A stretch of DNA of 64,000 nucleotides, taken from an uncultured virus (IMG/VR IMGVR_UViG_2663763270_000002). Its lineage: Duplodnaviria > Heunggongvirae > Uroviricota > Caudoviricetes. The stretch lies in IMG/VR virus record IMGVR_UViG_2663763270_000002; one strand, written 5' to 3'. This document shows positions 44,264 through 55,005 of the stretch, piece by piece. The stretch's first letter is position 1. Each line of letters opens with the position of its first letter. Position numbers and translations under genes: made by a program. Under the pieces are notes generated by a model. That model worked only from the letters and a program-made list of their open reading frames with translations. It was not told where the DNA came from and did not search any database.

Positions 44264-45030
44264 CTAAACGAATCGTCATTGTCCCGGACCTACAGATTCC
44301 ATTTCACGACCGTAAGGCCACTCGGGCGGTCATTCGCTTCATCGGGGACACTCAACCTGATGAAGTGGTTTTCATCGGTGATGTTCTCGACTTCCCGCAG
44401 CCGTCGCGCTGGAACAAGGACACGCGCGGCGAGTTCGAGGGATCGATTTACCAGGATGTAGAGCTGGCCAAGTCGCAACTTTTCGGCCCGCTGCGAGAGG
44501 TCTACAGCGGCCCGGTGAAGTTCCACGAGGGCAACCACGATGAACGACCACGGACTTACCTGGACAAGTACAGTCCCGCGCTGAGCGGGACCCGCGCATT
44601 CCATGTCGATACGCTCTGTGACTTCGATGGATTCGGTATCGAGCTGTTGCCGGATTTCCACTACATCGCGCCAGGGTGGGTTTCGACCCACGGACATCGG
44701 GGCGGAATCCGCATTCACCAGGTGGCCGGAAATACCGCGCTCAATGCTGCGAGGAAGTTCGGCAAGTCCGTCGTCATGGGACATACACACCGTCTCGGTA
44801 TCGGCTCTCACACGTCTGGATTCGACGGGAAGATTGTCCAGCAAGTGACTGGTATGGAAGTCGGAAACTTGATGGACCAGCGGCAGGCCGCCTACCTGAA
44901 AGGTGGCACCGCGAATTGGCAACAGGGCTTCGGAATCCTGGAGGTCGATGGGCAAACAGTCACACCGTCCATTATCCCGATTGAGCGAAAGCGGTTCGTC
45001 GTCGGCGGTGAAACGTGGTCGGTGTCGTGA
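44260..45030 (+). CDS. Metallophosphoesterase (Bxb1 gp47-like recombination directionality factor)
   Basis: PDLQIP, IGD.LD, GNHD, THGH, GHTH. Confidence 0.88.
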   Translation: MTKRIVIVPDLQIPFHDRKATRAVIRFIGDTQPDEVVFIGDVLDFPQPSRWNKDTRGEFEGSIYQDVELAKSQLFGPLREVYSGPVKFHEGNHDERPRTYLDKYSPALSGTRAFHVDTLCDFDGFGIELLPDFHYIAPGWVSTHGHRGGIRIHQVAGNTALNAARKFGKSVVMGHTHRLGIGSHTSGFDGKIVQQVTGMEVGNLMDQRQAAYLKGGTANWQQGFGILEVDGQTVTPSIIPIERKRFVVGGETWSVS

Positions 45031-45044
45031 AAGGTGTAGGGGTT

Positions 45045-45764
45045 TTGGATAACGAAACTGTAAATGCCGCTGTGCGTCGCGCGGCATCGGCTGTGGTGTC
45101 GGAATGGCCAGGGGTTGTTGGTGTTGATGACTTGGCGCAGGAACTTTGGGTAGAGATTCTGGAGAGCCCGGCAACGCAAAAGGTTCTTGCAGGTAAGAAC
45201 TCCCGGGAGATGCTTAATCTTCTTGCGCGAATGGGACACCGTATCGCTGCACGGTACCGGAACAGTAATGCCCGGTTCTCGAACCAAGTGCAGTACTCCG
45301 TAGACGACATCAAGGCCGCGCTGAGCGGGCATACACTCTGGGGTGCGTTGCTGGACGACTTAGCCGCTGGCCTGGAGTCGTTGCGGGAGCGGAGCGAGAA
45401 CTACGCGGAGGCTATTCGGCTCCGCTACTTCGAGCGGATCAACCCCGGCCCGGACGCTGATAGGAAGCGGCTGAGCAGGGCGCTGGAAGCGCTCACCGAG
45501 GAAGTGAACCGCCAGGTTCGGGCGAAGTTCGCCCGACTCGACGCCTCACCTGGCCGAACCCTAGGGGATGGTCCGGGGACTCGTTCGCGGGCGTTCCCGG
45601 TCGACGTGAAGCCGCCCGTTCGGACTGTCTTCGATGATGAGTTCCGGGGTGAGGAAATGGAGCTTTACCGGGGGTGGGTCCTGCCAGAGTCATACCCGGA
45701 AGTGAAACCCGCGATGATCCACCAGTGGGACGAGTACGCACAAGAAGACTTTGGAGGCAGGTAA
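45045..45764 (+). CDS. Sigma-factor-like DNA-binding protein
   Basis: DDLAQELWV..LE region; YAEAIRLRY; cluster A synteny. Confidence 0.7.
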   Translation: MDNETVNAAVRRAASAVVSEWPGVVGVDDLAQELWVEILESPATQKVLAGKNSREMLNLLARMGHRIAARYRNSNARFSNQVQYSVDDIKAALSGHTLWGALLDDLAAGLESLRERSENYAEAIRLRYFERINPGPDADRKRLSRALEALTEEVNRQVRAKFARLDASPGRTLGDGPGTRSRAFPVDVKPPVRTVFDDEFRGEEMELYRGWVLPESYPEVKPAMIHQWDEYAQEDFGGR

Positions 45765-45927
45765 ATGTCATTCGTCATTCCAGCTCTGGCCTTGCTGGTG
45801 ATGCTGAAAGTCCTCGGTGTACTGGCCTGGGGCTGGGCGAATATTGCCTTGTGGGCCGCTCTGTTCCTTATTTTCGAGGGCGTTTTCAGGCTGGTTTCTG
45901 CCGGGCTCAAGGCAAGGAAGGGATGAA

Positions 45928-46122
45928 ATGGAGTCGAGTAATGCCGGAAGCGGTGGAGTCGGTTTTAGCGGCGCTCTTTTCCTGGTCTTCCTGGTCCTGA
46001 AGCTGACTGGTGTCATCGCCTGGTCCTGGTGGTGGATTACCGCGCCCCTTTGGATTCCCTTCCTGCTGGTCGTGGTGTCCCTGGTAATCCTCTTCTTTAT
46101 CGCGACAATCGCGAACGATTGA
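45928..46122 (+). CDS. Small membrane protein
   Basis: FLVLKLTGVIAWSWWWITAPLW. Confidence 0.8.
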   Translation: MESSNAGSGGVGFSGALFLVFLVLKLTGVIAWSWWWITAPLWIPFLLVVVSLVILFFIATIAND

Positions 46123-46132
46123 AAGGTAGCAC

Positions 46133-48178
46133 TTGGAATTCACTGAAACCGGCAAACTGATTTACGACCGGACCTATAGCAGGATCAAGTCTGACGGCTC
46201 TAAAGAGACCTGGGAAGAGACGGTTAGCCGGGTCGTTGACGGCAATCTGAGCTTTGTCGATGAGCGGCATCATTTCCCCGGTGAGCGCGAGCAGTTGCGG
46301 GACTTCATTCTTCAGCATCGCATCATCCCGGCCGGGCGGCACCTGTGGGCATCGGGAGTCAAGAACTCCCCGTGCATCTTCAATTGCTGGGTAAGTCACT
46401 GGACTGATGCCCCGGCCGACCACTTCACTTTTACCTTTCTTCGACTGATGGAGGGCGGGGGAGTCGGGGCGAATTACTCGAACCGATACCTTGAGAACTA
46501 CCCGGAGATTCAACAGGAGCTATCAGTACAGATCGTCTGCGATCCGACTCACCCGGATTACGAGTCTATGCAGAAGGCAGGCGTCCTGTCCGACCAGTAT
46601 GCGGCCGACTGGGCGGGAGCCTGGGAGGTTGAGGACAGCCGCGAAGGCTGGGCCGCTGCGCTGGCTGATCTGGTGGAGACCTTCTATCGGCCGGACGTGA
46701 AGCACCGATACAGGGTGTACGACGTGTCCCGGGTGCGCCCCTCTGGCGCACGGCTGAAGACGTTCGGCGGTACTGCGAGCGGCCCGGAGCCGCTTGCACG
46801 GATGCTGATCCGGGTTGCCGAAATCCTGTCCGATAGGCAAGGCGCTCGACTGGACGGCATCGGGGCGATGGAGATTGACCACGCGTTGGCTGAATGCGTG
46901 GTCTCGGGCGGTGTTCGACGGTCGGCCCGAATGGCAATGATGCACTGGCGTGATCCGCAGATCGTACAATTCATCCGCGCCAAGACCGACACAGGTCTTC
47001 ACTGGACCACGAATATTTCCGTGGAGGTCGATTCGGATTTCTGGCACTTCCTTGAACTCGACGGCGCGCCGGAGGGTAGTTACAACGATCGGATGCACCG
47101 ATACGCCAAAGCGGTACTCGGTGAGATTGCCGATGGCATGGTGAATAACGGGGAGCCTGGATTTTGGGATTCCTCGTTGTCCAATATCAACGAGCCCAAC
47201 ACCGTAGTTTGCACTAATCCCTGTGGCGAGATCACGCTGGAGCCGTGGGAGCCGTGCAATTTGGGGCACATCAACCTCGCAGCATTCGTGGACGAGCGCG
47301 GTATCCTGGATCGTTTCGCCCTGGCGGAAGCTCACCGGCTGATGACGCGGTTCCTGATCCGGGCAACCTTTGCTCCGGTGAACGATCCGAAGTCTCGTGA
47401 AGTCTTGGACCGGAACCGGCGTATCGGCGTCGGGCACTTCGGTGTGGCCTCCATGCTCGCGATGACCGGGCGGCGGTACTCCGACGCGTCGGATGATCAG
47501 TGGTTCCTAGAGCTTCTGGGGACAATGGCGGACGTGGTGGACGGTGAGGCACGGCGGTACGCCCGGCAACTGCGTATCCCGGAGCCGGTGAAGAAGCGCA
47601 CCGTCGCGCCTACTGGGACTATCGCCAAGATGCCCGGCGTCTCGGAGGGCATTCACCCGATTTTCGCCCGCTACTTCATTCGGCGGGTCAGGTTCTCGAC
47701 CGTGGACGCGGATCAGCGCGCCCAGATGGCGGAGCTTGTCCGGCAGGGGTACGCGGTAGAAGACGACCAGTACGCGGCGAACACCGCCGTGGTCTCGATC
47801 CCTACCAAGGACATTCTTGTCGAGGCCGTCGACCGCATCCACGGAGAGGGCCGGGCGGACGAAATTGTCCAGGGCACAGACGAACTCACGTTGAGGGAAA
47901 TGCTCGACATGCAGGCGACCTATCAGACCTGGTGGGCGGACAACGCGGTCAGCTACACCGCGAACGTGGACCCGGAAGCGTACACCGCTGAAGAAGTCGC
48001 GGAAGTTCTGGAGGACTTCGGCGGGTGGCTGAAGGGCGCAACGATCTTTCCGAAGAAGTCGCGACCGCAAGCACCGTACGAGGCCATGACCCGGGAGGAA
48101 TACGAGGCTTCCACCGTCGCGGCGGTGGCTGACGGAGTTGACGAGGAATGCGCCAACGGCGCGTGCCCGATTCGATAA
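46133..48178 (+). CDS. nrdJ: Class II (B12-dependent) ribonucleotide reductase
   Basis: RRSA, CTNPCGE, VAPTGT, C-terminal CxxGACPIR. Confidence 0.92.
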   Translation: MEFTETGKLIYDRTYSRIKSDGSKETWEETVSRVVDGNLSFVDERHHFPGEREQLRDFILQHRIIPAGRHLWASGVKNSPCIFNCWVSHWTDAPADHFTFTFLRLMEGGGVGANYSNRYLENYPEIQQELSVQIVCDPTHPDYESMQKAGVLSDQYAADWAGAWEVEDSREGWAAALADLVETFYRPDVKHRYRVYDVSRVRPSGARLKTFGGTASGPEPLARMLIRVAEILSDRQGARLDGIGAMEIDHALAECVVSGGVRRSARMAMMHWRDPQIVQFIRAKTDTGLHWTTNISVEVDSDFWHFLELDGAPEGSYNDRMHRYAKAVLGEIADGMVNNGEPGFWDSSLSNINEPNTVVCTNPCGEITLEPWEPCNLGHINLAAFVDERGILDRFALAEAHRLMTRFLIRATFAPVNDPKSREVLDRNRRIGVGHFGVASMLAMTGRRYSDASDDQWFLELLGTMADVVDGEARRYARQLRIPEPVKKRTVAPTGTIAKMPGVSEGIHPIFARYFIRRVRFSTVDADQRAQMAELVRQGYAVEDDQYAANTAVVSIPTKDILVEAVDRIHGEGRADEIVQGTDELTLREMLDMQATYQTWWADNAVSYTANVDPEAYTAEEVAEVLEDFGGWLKGATIFPKKSRPQAPYEAMTREEYEASTVAAVADGVDEECANGACPIR

Positions 48179-48187
48179 GGGGAAACT

Positions 48188-48445
48188 TTGGCGGACTACC
48201 GCGAGAAGTTCCATGAGTCCATAGCTGAATACGTCCGATCAGAGCTTGGTTGGTCGGACGTTCGTACCGTCCTCGGCGTGAAAGAGCGCGAAGAGGTGTG
48301 GGAGTGCTGCGAAGGGACATGTTGGAACTCTGAGACATACTTGGATATCACCTACCGGGACACGACCGGCAGGAGACAGCTCCGATCATTCACCAGCGAC
48401 ATCTACGAACTGATCAACGCTCTTACGGTTGACAACCTCTCGTGA
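48188..48445 (+). CDS. Hypothetical protein
   Basis: RBS AAGGGG; CCEGTC motif. Confidence 0.65.
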   Translation: MADYREKFHESIAEYVRSELGWSDVRTVLGVKEREEVWECCEGTCWNSETYLDITYRDTTGRRQLRSFTSDIYELINALTVDNLS

Positions 48446-48876
48446 GCGATGGACCACCGTGGGTGGTCCTCGTCACCGGTTCTAGGCTACTCCAGGATTA
48501 TCGGCCCGTCTGGGCCGCTCTAGACGCCCGATACAACTTTTGCCTTGTCCGGGGTTATCGGATGGTTGTTCGGCACGGAGCGTGCGAATCAGGGGCCGAT
48601 AAACACGCCTCTGACTGGTGCGCCAATATGGGCGCACTGGTGGACGAGGAAAGACACCCGGCAGACTGGCGGAACTGTGTCCCAGAGTGCAATCACGCGC
48701 CACGGTTCCGCTGGGACGGCCAGATGTACTGTCCTGCGGCAGGAAACTACCGCAATGACCGCATGGTGAGGCTGGGCGCTAACGAGTGTCTAGCGTTCCC
48801 GCGAGGAAAATCTACAGGGACCCGTGACTGTATGACACGGGCGATAGAGGAGAGAATCCCAGTATTAGAACTCTAA
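48442..48876 (+). CDS. SLOG-family (YspA/DUF2493-like) protein
   Basis: VLVTGSR, HGAC.SGAD, HPADW, AG..RN..MV, S.GT. Confidence 0.85.
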   Translation: MSDGPPWVVLVTGSRLLQDYRPVWAALDARYNFCLVRGYRMVVRHGACESGADKHASDWCANMGALVDEERHPADWRNCVPECNHAPRFRWDGQMYCPAAGNYRNDRMVRLGANECLAFPRGKSTGTRDCMTRAIEERIPVLEL

Positions 48877-48963
48877 CAATTCGACAGAAGCTGTTTGTTT
48901 GGTGGTGGACGGTTGCCGTCCCACTCTTTTACTACGGTGTCCACCCGGAACCCTTCGGAGACA

Positions 48964-49203
48964 ATGACGGCAAAGCAAGCGTGGACACTGCTGTTCTCGA
49001 TAGTGGTAGTCCACGAAATCACAGCGAAGCCGGGTGAACTCCTTTCCGAGGAAGTAGATCGGCAACTTATTTCGCACCGGTGGGCAACGATTGCCTTCGG
49101 TGCGATCACAGCGGCACATCTGTACAACCTGCTGCCGCGTGCTATTGACCCATACCACGGGGCGGGCCGTCTCGTGGTGAACCTTCGAAAGAGGATTCTT
49201 TGA
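48964..49203 (+). CDS. Small membrane protein
   Basis: AW....V..HE...GELLSE..DR motif. Confidence 0.7.
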   Translation: MTAKQAWTLLFSIVVVHEITAKPGELLSEEVDRQLISHRWATIAFGAITAAHLYNLLPRAIDPYHGAGRLVVNLRKRIL

Positions 49204-49733
49204 CCGACGACGTTTACGACCCTTTCGCCTCTGCCCCCGAGGACGAGGCACAGACCGCTGCACCTACCCCGGAGCCTGAGATTTCTTCGATGCCTGCACC
49301 GGAGCCCGCCAAAAAGACCGCTCCGCGCAAGCCAGCGGCCAAGGCTGCTACGCCGGTCACGACGGATGGAGAGGGCAAGGTGGTGGTGACGCTGAAGGGC
49401 GGCACCGGCTTCGATGCTCCGTGGATCGTGATCCACGCCGACAGCCCCGCCGACGCGGCGGCGCAGATCGGTCAGGACTTGCTCGACCTCATGGACAAGA
49501 CTCACCGGGCGGCGGCCAAGTTCGTAGAGCTGGCACCGAACAAGCCCGCCCAGGGTGGTAACCAGCCTGCACCGCGACAGGCCGCACCGGCAGGCGCGAC
49601 CCAGGCACCTCCCGGCTCGCCCGAGTGCCCTCCGGGCTGGGAGTTCAAGACGGGCTTTTCGCAGAAGACGCAGAAGCCCTGGAAGGGCTACTTCCCTCCG
49701 CGCGGTTCGACCGATAAGCCCATTTTCTTCTGA
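49200..49733 (+). CDS. Conserved replication-associated protein (ssDNA-binding-like)
   Basis: TLKGGTGFDAPWIVIH and KTG.S.K..KPW motifs. Confidence 0.7.
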   Translation: MTDDVYDPFASAPEDEAQTAAPTPEPEISSMPAPEPAKKTAPRKPAAKAATPVTTDGEGKVVVTLKGGTGFDAPWIVIHADSPADAAAQIGQDLLDLMDKTHRAAAKFVELAPNKPAQGGNQPAPRQAAPAGATQAPPGSPECPPGWEFKTGFSQKTQKPWKGYFPPRGSTDKPIFF

Positions 49734-49739
49734 CCGAAT

Positions 49740-49752
49740 GTTGACACAAAAC
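49740..49752 (+). promoter_or_regulatory. Stoperator GTTGACACAAAAC
   Basis: Exact copy, intergenic. Confidence 0.82.
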
Positions 49753-49838
49753 GGGTAGGTACGGCCCTACCCGTTTCCAGGGTGGCCCGGTGAGTTGTCC
49801 CGGGCCACCCGCCTTCCACCCAACAGCAAAGGGACATA

Positions 49839-50123
49839 GTGGTTACTTCTGAGCCTCCAATTTCCACCCCGCCGCGTACCGGCGTGGGCCACGACAACGA
49901 CGATTCCGTCACTATCACTACGGTGGTATACGAGGGCGGCAAGATTACAGTTCCCCACGCATACGCAGTCCACGACGTTGCGGATGGGGTGTTGATCCTC
50001 TACCCCGATCGGCCTACCGATACCGCGTTGCTGAACTTCAACTTTGACAAAGTCATCACGTGGGCGACCTATTCTGTATCGCCCGAGATTGCGGCCCAGC
50101 GACCCGGGGGCGCGAAGGCTTGA
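49839..50123 (+). CDS. Hypothetical protein
   Basis: RBS AAGGGA; overlap with thyX. Confidence 0.6.
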   Translation: MVTSEPPISTPPRTGVGHDNDDSVTITTVVYEGGKITVPHAYAVHDVADGVLILYPDRPTDTALLNFNFDKVITWATYSVSPEIAAQRPGGAKA

Positions 50124-50968
50124 AAGCCGTACTGATTGCGCGAACTTTCATCGACGGTGAAGCCCTTGAGGAAATCGGCTACAACCTGCACCACGACGGT
50201 AGCCCGTATCGGTTCTCCACCGAGCACCCAGCGGACGAACTCGCGGAGTTCGCGGGGCGGAATTGCTATCAAAGCTTCGACCGGCCGAATCCGGCGACAG
50301 CGACGAACCAGACCTATCTACGTCACATTCTTGATGTAGGTCACGAATCCGTACTAGAGCACGCCAGTGCCACGTTTTATATCGAGGCGAGTCGGTCTGT
50401 CCTGACCGAACTGGAGCGTCACCGGCACCTGAGTTTCAGCGTGGTGTCTCAGCGGTACGTAGACCCTATGCCGCTGGGGATACATATTCCCCCCGCGCTC
50501 GTTGAAATCGAACAAGACGACCTTCGTCGTCAAGCGTTGAATTACATTTCATACGCACAGCGCGAGTCGTCCAACGCGTACAACTCACTTTTGGAGCTGT
50601 TGACCAACGCGGGACTTCCCCGCAAGAAAGCTCGTGAAGCCGCTAGGGCGGTACTCCCGAACATGACCAATTCCCCGATGGTCGTTACCGGAAACCACCG
50701 CGCATGGAGATACGTCATCAAAGCTCGTTGGCACGAAGCGGCGGACGCGGAAATCCGCGAATTGGCGGGTGAGCTGCTTCGTCAGCTCCGGGAGATTGCT
50801 CCCCACACCTACCAGGACATCCCTGACGAGCCGTACACCTACGCGGACCACAACCCCGAGGACATCATTCGAGCGCTCGAAGAGGTAAACGCGTTGCTCC
50901 GTGCGGAGCTGGACAAGGTTCATCGGGAACTCAAAAGTGCCAAATCGTTTTTAAGGCGAAACGGTTGA
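50120..50968 (+). CDS. thyX: FAD-dependent thymidylate synthase
   Basis: GHESVLEH; RHRHLSFSVVSQRY. Confidence 0.95.
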   Translation: MKAVLIARTFIDGEALEEIGYNLHHDGSPYRFSTEHPADELAEFAGRNCYQSFDRPNPATATNQTYLRHILDVGHESVLEHASATFYIEASRSVLTELERHRHLSFSVVSQRYVDPMPLGIHIPPALVEIEQDDLRRQALNYISYAQRESSNAYNSLLELLTNAGLPRKKAREAARAVLPNMTNSPMVVTGNHRAWRYVIKARWHEAADAEIRELAGELLRQLREIAPHTYQDIPDEPYTYADHNPEDIIRALEEVNALLRAELDKVHRELKSAKSFLRRNG

Positions 50969-51288
50969 AACTACGAGAGAAGAAGTCAGTGAGCATTGCA
51001 GCTGATCTGGGTGATGCCGCCCAGGTGACCGCGCTTCAGGACAAGATCGAAATCTTGGAGCGGGAAGTAATGGAAAAGGACGCCATCATTCGAAACCTGA
51101 GCGACGAGAACACTCGACTGAAAGCCAAGACCGACAACCGTAAGAAGCTCTCGAAGCGGGACGTTGCGCTCATTCGCCGATTCGCCAAGACGGCGGGAGT
51201 CACGCACCAGGAGTTGGCCGATTCGTTCGAGGTCAACCGCGCCACCATTAGCCGGATCATCTCCGGTGAATACCACAAAGAGGACTGA
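50965..51288 (+). CDS. HTH DNA-binding protein
   Basis: THQELADSFEVNRATISRII. Confidence 0.88.
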   Translation: MKLREKKSVSIAADLGDAAQVTALQDKIEILEREVMEKDAIIRNLSDENTRLKAKTDNRKKLSKRDVALIRRFAKTAGVTHQELADSFEVNRATISRIISGEYHKED

Positions 51289-51291
51289 CAC

Positions 51292-51456
51292 ATGAAATAC
51301 ACCTCCCCGCCCGATTTCGTCCCCGAGGACATTAAGCACGCGCTTGCAGTTGGTGTTAACGCGATCCTGGCAGACGACCACGTTCTTGCGAAAATCTACC
51401 TAGATTTCGGCAACAAGCTCGTTGACCATTTCGATTTGGCGAAGCAGGGGGCATAG
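51292..51456 (+). CDS. Small hypothetical protein
   Basis: RBS AGAGGA; fills gap. Confidence 0.5.
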   Translation: MKYTSPPDFVPEDIKHALAVGVNAILADDHVLAKIYLDFGNKLVDHFDLAKQGA

Positions 51457-51461
51457 CGAAA

Positions 51462-51617
51462 ATGGCGAACACCAATATTCCGAAGTTCGTCCTGGACGAC
51501 ATTCTTCGCAGTACTGGCAGGGCTATGGGGCTGGCGCTCAGCGGCGACTCCGCGCTGTCGGACATCTATGCTGATTTCACAGAACGGTTGCTTGACCTCT
51601 ACAAGGCAAGGGGCTAA
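51462..51617 (+). CDS. Small hypothetical protein
   Basis: Fills gap, abuts polymerase start. Confidence 0.5.
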   Translation: MANTNIPKFVLDDILRSTGRAMGLALSGDSALSDIYADFTERLLDLYKARG

Positions 51618-53423
51618 TTGAAGACCTACCCGTATAAGATCGGACGAGAGACGGTCACCGCGCGGGTAGTCGAGAACGCGGCGGACGTAGAGGCGTTCCG
51701 CACGTGGCTAGATCAGGAGATGGCCCGTGGCCCGATCGGAGTCGACTCCGAGACCACGGGCCTTGCCACGTACAGCGGGGACCGCCTCCGCACAGTCCAG
51801 TTCGGGACTGATACGGACGGGTGGGTCCTGCCCGTGGAGAGATCGGCAACTCTCCGGGTGCTCGCAGCGGACTACCTCCGCCGCATCCCGAGAATGATCC
51901 TCCACAACGCCAGTTTCGACCTTGCCGTCTTCGACCAGCACCTAGGCGTGCCGATGCGGGAAATGTGGCCCAGGGTCACCGATACCCGCATCCTTGCTCA
52001 TCTGGTCGATCCCCGGGGCCAGGAGGAAGGCGGCACCGGCCACGGCCTAGAACAACTTGTGCGGGTCCACATTTCGCCGGAGGTGGCCGAAGAGGTCAAG
52101 GGCCTGATGACTCGCCTTGCCAAAGAGCACAAGACCACGAAGGCGAATATCTGGTCTGTGATCGACCTTGATCATCCAGATTTCAACAGATACGGCGGTA
52201 TGGACCCTGTTCTAGCCGTAAGGCTGTGCCGCAAGCTCGACCCGATGGTCCCGCCCGAGTCTCGACACCTCATCGAATACGAGCACCGACTAGCCGAAAT
52301 CTGTTCTGAGATGGAGCGGACCGGCTTCCTGTTGGACCTGGAGTACACCAAGGGCCTCTCGGCCCGGCTCCGGGCCGAGGAAGAAGAGGCCGCTTTTCAC
52401 GCACTGGCGTTCTTCGGAGTCGAGTCCGTCAACTCCACGGAGCAAGTAGCGGACGCTCTCGAAGACCTGGGGGTGAAGATTCCCGGTCGGACGACGACCG
52501 GTAAACGCAAGGTGGATAAAGCCCTTCTGGAATCCATTGCAACCGACGATCCTCCGATCGGGAGTCCCGCCCATCTCGCGGCCGCCGTGATTGAAGCCAA
52601 GCGGGCAAGGAAGTGGCGAACCACTTGGATTGACGGGTTCCTGAGCGGCGCGGACAGCGCCGGGCGTGTACACCCGAGCATCAACCATCTTCGCGCCCGC
52701 ACGGCGCGAATGTCGATCACCGGTATTCCGGCCCAGACGCTTCCTAGTGGCGATTGGATGGTCCGGCGATGCTTCATCGCGGACCCGGGACAAACGATTG
52801 TCTCCGTCGACTACAAGGCTCAGGAATTGCGCGTTCTCGCGGCGCTTTCCGGTGACCCGACGATGAGGGAGGCATTCGCTACCGACGCTGACCTACACCA
52901 GATGACCGCCGACGCGTCGGGTGTGGATCGCAAGATCGGAAAGATGGTGAACTTCGCCTACGTCTACGGCTCTGGACCGAGGAACATCGCTGAGCAAGGC
53001 GGTATCACGGTCGCGGTCGCTAAACGGGTGATCGAGGGATTCGAAGCGCGGTACCCGCGCGTAAAGGACCTCTCGGTGAAGCTCCAGGCGGAGGCCCGGC
53101 AGACGGGCCGGATCATCACGCCGACCGGTCGTCGGCTCCCGGTCGACCGAGACCGGGCGTACTCGGCGCTGAACTACATGATCCAGAGCACTTCGCGGGA
53201 CGTGACGTGCCGGGGCCTGATCCGCCTACACGACGCCGGGTTTACCCCGTACCTACGCCTACCCGTACACGACGAAGTAGTCGCATCGGTCCCCATCACA
53301 AAAGCGGAGTGGGGCGCGCGGGAAATCGCGCGGCTGATGCGGATGAATTTCCGGGGTGTCGACATCGACACGGACCCTGAAGTGTACGGGCCGTCCTGGG
53401 GACATGGCTATATGAAAGGCTGA
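51618..53423 (+). CDS. polA: DNA polymerase I (family A, with 3'-5' exonuclease)
   Basis: DSETTG, HNASFD, DYKAQELR, KMVNFAYVYG, VHDE. Confidence 0.95.
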   Translation: MKTYPYKIGRETVTARVVENAADVEAFRTWLDQEMARGPIGVDSETTGLATYSGDRLRTVQFGTDTDGWVLPVERSATLRVLAADYLRRIPRMILHNASFDLAVFDQHLGVPMREMWPRVTDTRILAHLVDPRGQEEGGTGHGLEQLVRVHISPEVAEEVKGLMTRLAKEHKTTKANIWSVIDLDHPDFNRYGGMDPVLAVRLCRKLDPMVPPESRHLIEYEHRLAEICSEMERTGFLLDLEYTKGLSARLRAEEEEAAFHALAFFGVESVNSTEQVADALEDLGVKIPGRTTTGKRKVDKALLESIATDDPPIGSPAHLAAAVIEAKRARKWRTTWIDGFLSGADSAGRVHPSINHLRARTARMSITGIPAQTLPSGDWMVRRCFIADPGQTIVSVDYKAQELRVLAALSGDPTMREAFATDADLHQMTADASGVDRKIGKMVNFAYVYGSGPRNIAEQGGITVAVAKRVIEGFEARYPRVKDLSVKLQAEARQTGRIITPTGRRLPVDRDRAYSALNYMIQSTSRDVTCRGLIRLHDAGFTPYLRLPVHDEVVASVPITKAEWGAREIARLMRMNFRGVDIDTDPEVYGPSWGHGYMKG

Positions 53424-53427
53424 GAGA

Positions 53428-53655
53428 TTGAGTGTCAAGCTTCCGCCCCAGGTGTGGGCGGCATTGAGAGGGCATGTGATCTGGGACCCGGACGGCTGGC
53501 TCGATAAAGATGCGCCGCCGTTCTGGGAGCCGGTAACCGAAGACGAGTTCTTGCACCGATTCTTCCGATGCACCACTACGCAGATAGCCGAGAGCGGTCG
53601 GATGCGGGAATATCAACTCGCGCTCATCGAGCGCAACATAGAAGACCGTTTCTAG
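53428..53655 (+). CDS. Hypothetical protein
   Basis: WDPDGW...EDEFLHR motif. Confidence 0.65.
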   Translation: MSVKLPPQVWAALRGHVIWDPDGWLDKDAPPFWEPVTEDEFLHRFFRCTTTQIAESGRMREYQLALIERNIEDRF

Positions 53656-53681
53656 GCGATGACGGAAAGGCGGGACGACAA

Positions 53682-53861
53682 GTGACCGAAGACGAATACC
53701 GGGAGCGGGCCGCCGCATTGATGGCAGCAAATGACGAGTGGGTTCCCAAATTCCGCGAGGCAAAAGCACAGGTTGATCGAGTTGCCAACGAGTTTTACGT
53801 GCTGCGCGACGAGTGGAGAGCCGCCAACCCCGGCGTGCCATTCCCGAAGGTGCTTCAGTGA
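53682..53861 (+). CDS. Small hypothetical protein
   Basis: RBS GAAAGG; GTGA overlap. Confidence 0.55.
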   Translation: MTEDEYRERAAALMAANDEWVPKFREAKAQVDRVANEFYVLRDEWRAANPGVPFPKVLQ

Positions 53862-54220
53862 GCCGACCGACCTGGGATGAGTACTTTATCGGCATTGCTC
53901 GGGCTGTCGCTGCCCGCTCGGATTGCGAGCGGGACAAGGTTGGAGCCGTCGTTGTTCGGAACCACCGAATCCGGGCCACTGGATATAACGGCGCTCCAGC
54001 GGGGTGGCCAGGTTGCCACACCTGTCCGCGCCGTACTTCCAACTGCACGCCCGGCAGTTCGTACGATAATTGCATTGCAATCCACGCGGAGGCGAATGCC
54101 CTTCTCCACTGTGATCGGGAAGACCTCATTGACGCGACTCTCTACGTAACGCGAGCACCCTGCTACGCGTGCTACAAGCTGATTTCCGGCGCGGGCATTA
54201 CCCGCGTCGTCACCCCTTAA
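53858..54220 (+). CDS. dCMP deaminase
   Basis: TGYNG, HAEANA, PCYAC. Confidence 0.92.
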   Translation: MSRPTWDEYFIGIARAVAARSDCERDKVGAVVVRNHRIRATGYNGAPAGWPGCHTCPRRTSNCTPGSSYDNCIAIHAEANALLHCDREDLIDATLYVTRAPCYACYKLISGAGITRVVTP

Positions 54221-54710
54221 GGATTAGAAGATGGGTATTTTCCTTTTCGGCCTGAACGCATTTTTCGGCATCTTGAATCTTCTGTGCATCCCGATGGTCG
54301 TTGCGTATGGAAACGACCCCGCCCTTGTGTCGGCTAACGTGATTGCGGCGGCTTTATCATTCCTTGTAATGTACGTCGTCGCCGATTCGGACTTGATGTG
54401 ACCGGCTCTGAACTGCTGGGATTGCACTGACCCGGCCTGATAACTACGACCCACGAAGGACTTCTTATGAGTTCTCCCATGCCGCTATTCGCAGGCATGT
54501 GCTGCATCTGTTACGAGTCGATCCGGGAGGGGGACCACATCGTGGATTCCGAAGGCGCGAAGTGGGATGTGCATCGGGGCAAGTGTGCTGATAGGGCAGG
54601 AATCTCAGATGGATTCGACTCCACCCCTCCAACGTTCTGACCCAACAGATATACTCCCCAGCCCGGCCTCTGAGCCGGGCTTTTCTGTTCCATCGAAAGG
54701 TAATGCCCCC

Positions 54711-54890
54711 ATGTCTCTCCGTGACGCCAAGCGACGCCAGCAGGCGGCCAAGAACCGCCGTGCAGGATCGAGCAACACGAGCACCCCGTACGACACCACC
54801 TATTCGGGCTACTACAGCGCGTCTTCCTCTTCCTCTTCCTCTTCGAGTTCGTGTGACTCGTCTTCGTCCAGCTCCGGGGGCTGCGATTGA
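54711..54890 (+). CDS. Small Ser-rich protein ending SSSSGGCD
   Basis: RBS GAAAGGT; follows terminator at 54660-54684. Confidence 0.6.
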   Translation: MSLRDAKRRQQAAKNRRAGSSNTSTPYDTTYSGYYSASSSSSSSSSSCDSSSSSSGGCD

Positions 54891-55005
54891 TCGAGTCAAT
54901 TAATGGGGACTCTCGGAAGGTCGCAATCAAGCTCACTGGAAGCACCGATACTGCGAACTTCTACATTGATGACGCGTTTCTAGTAAAGGCACTCCGTTCG
55001 TCTGC

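Noticed and set aside
46133..53423. Inteins or introns in RNR, ThyX or PolA
   Set aside because: Lengths are ordinary and no splice or homing motifs were seen
54823..54845. TCTTCC microsatellite as phase-variation tract
   Set aside because: In-frame hexamer encoding poly-Ser; length change would not switch expression
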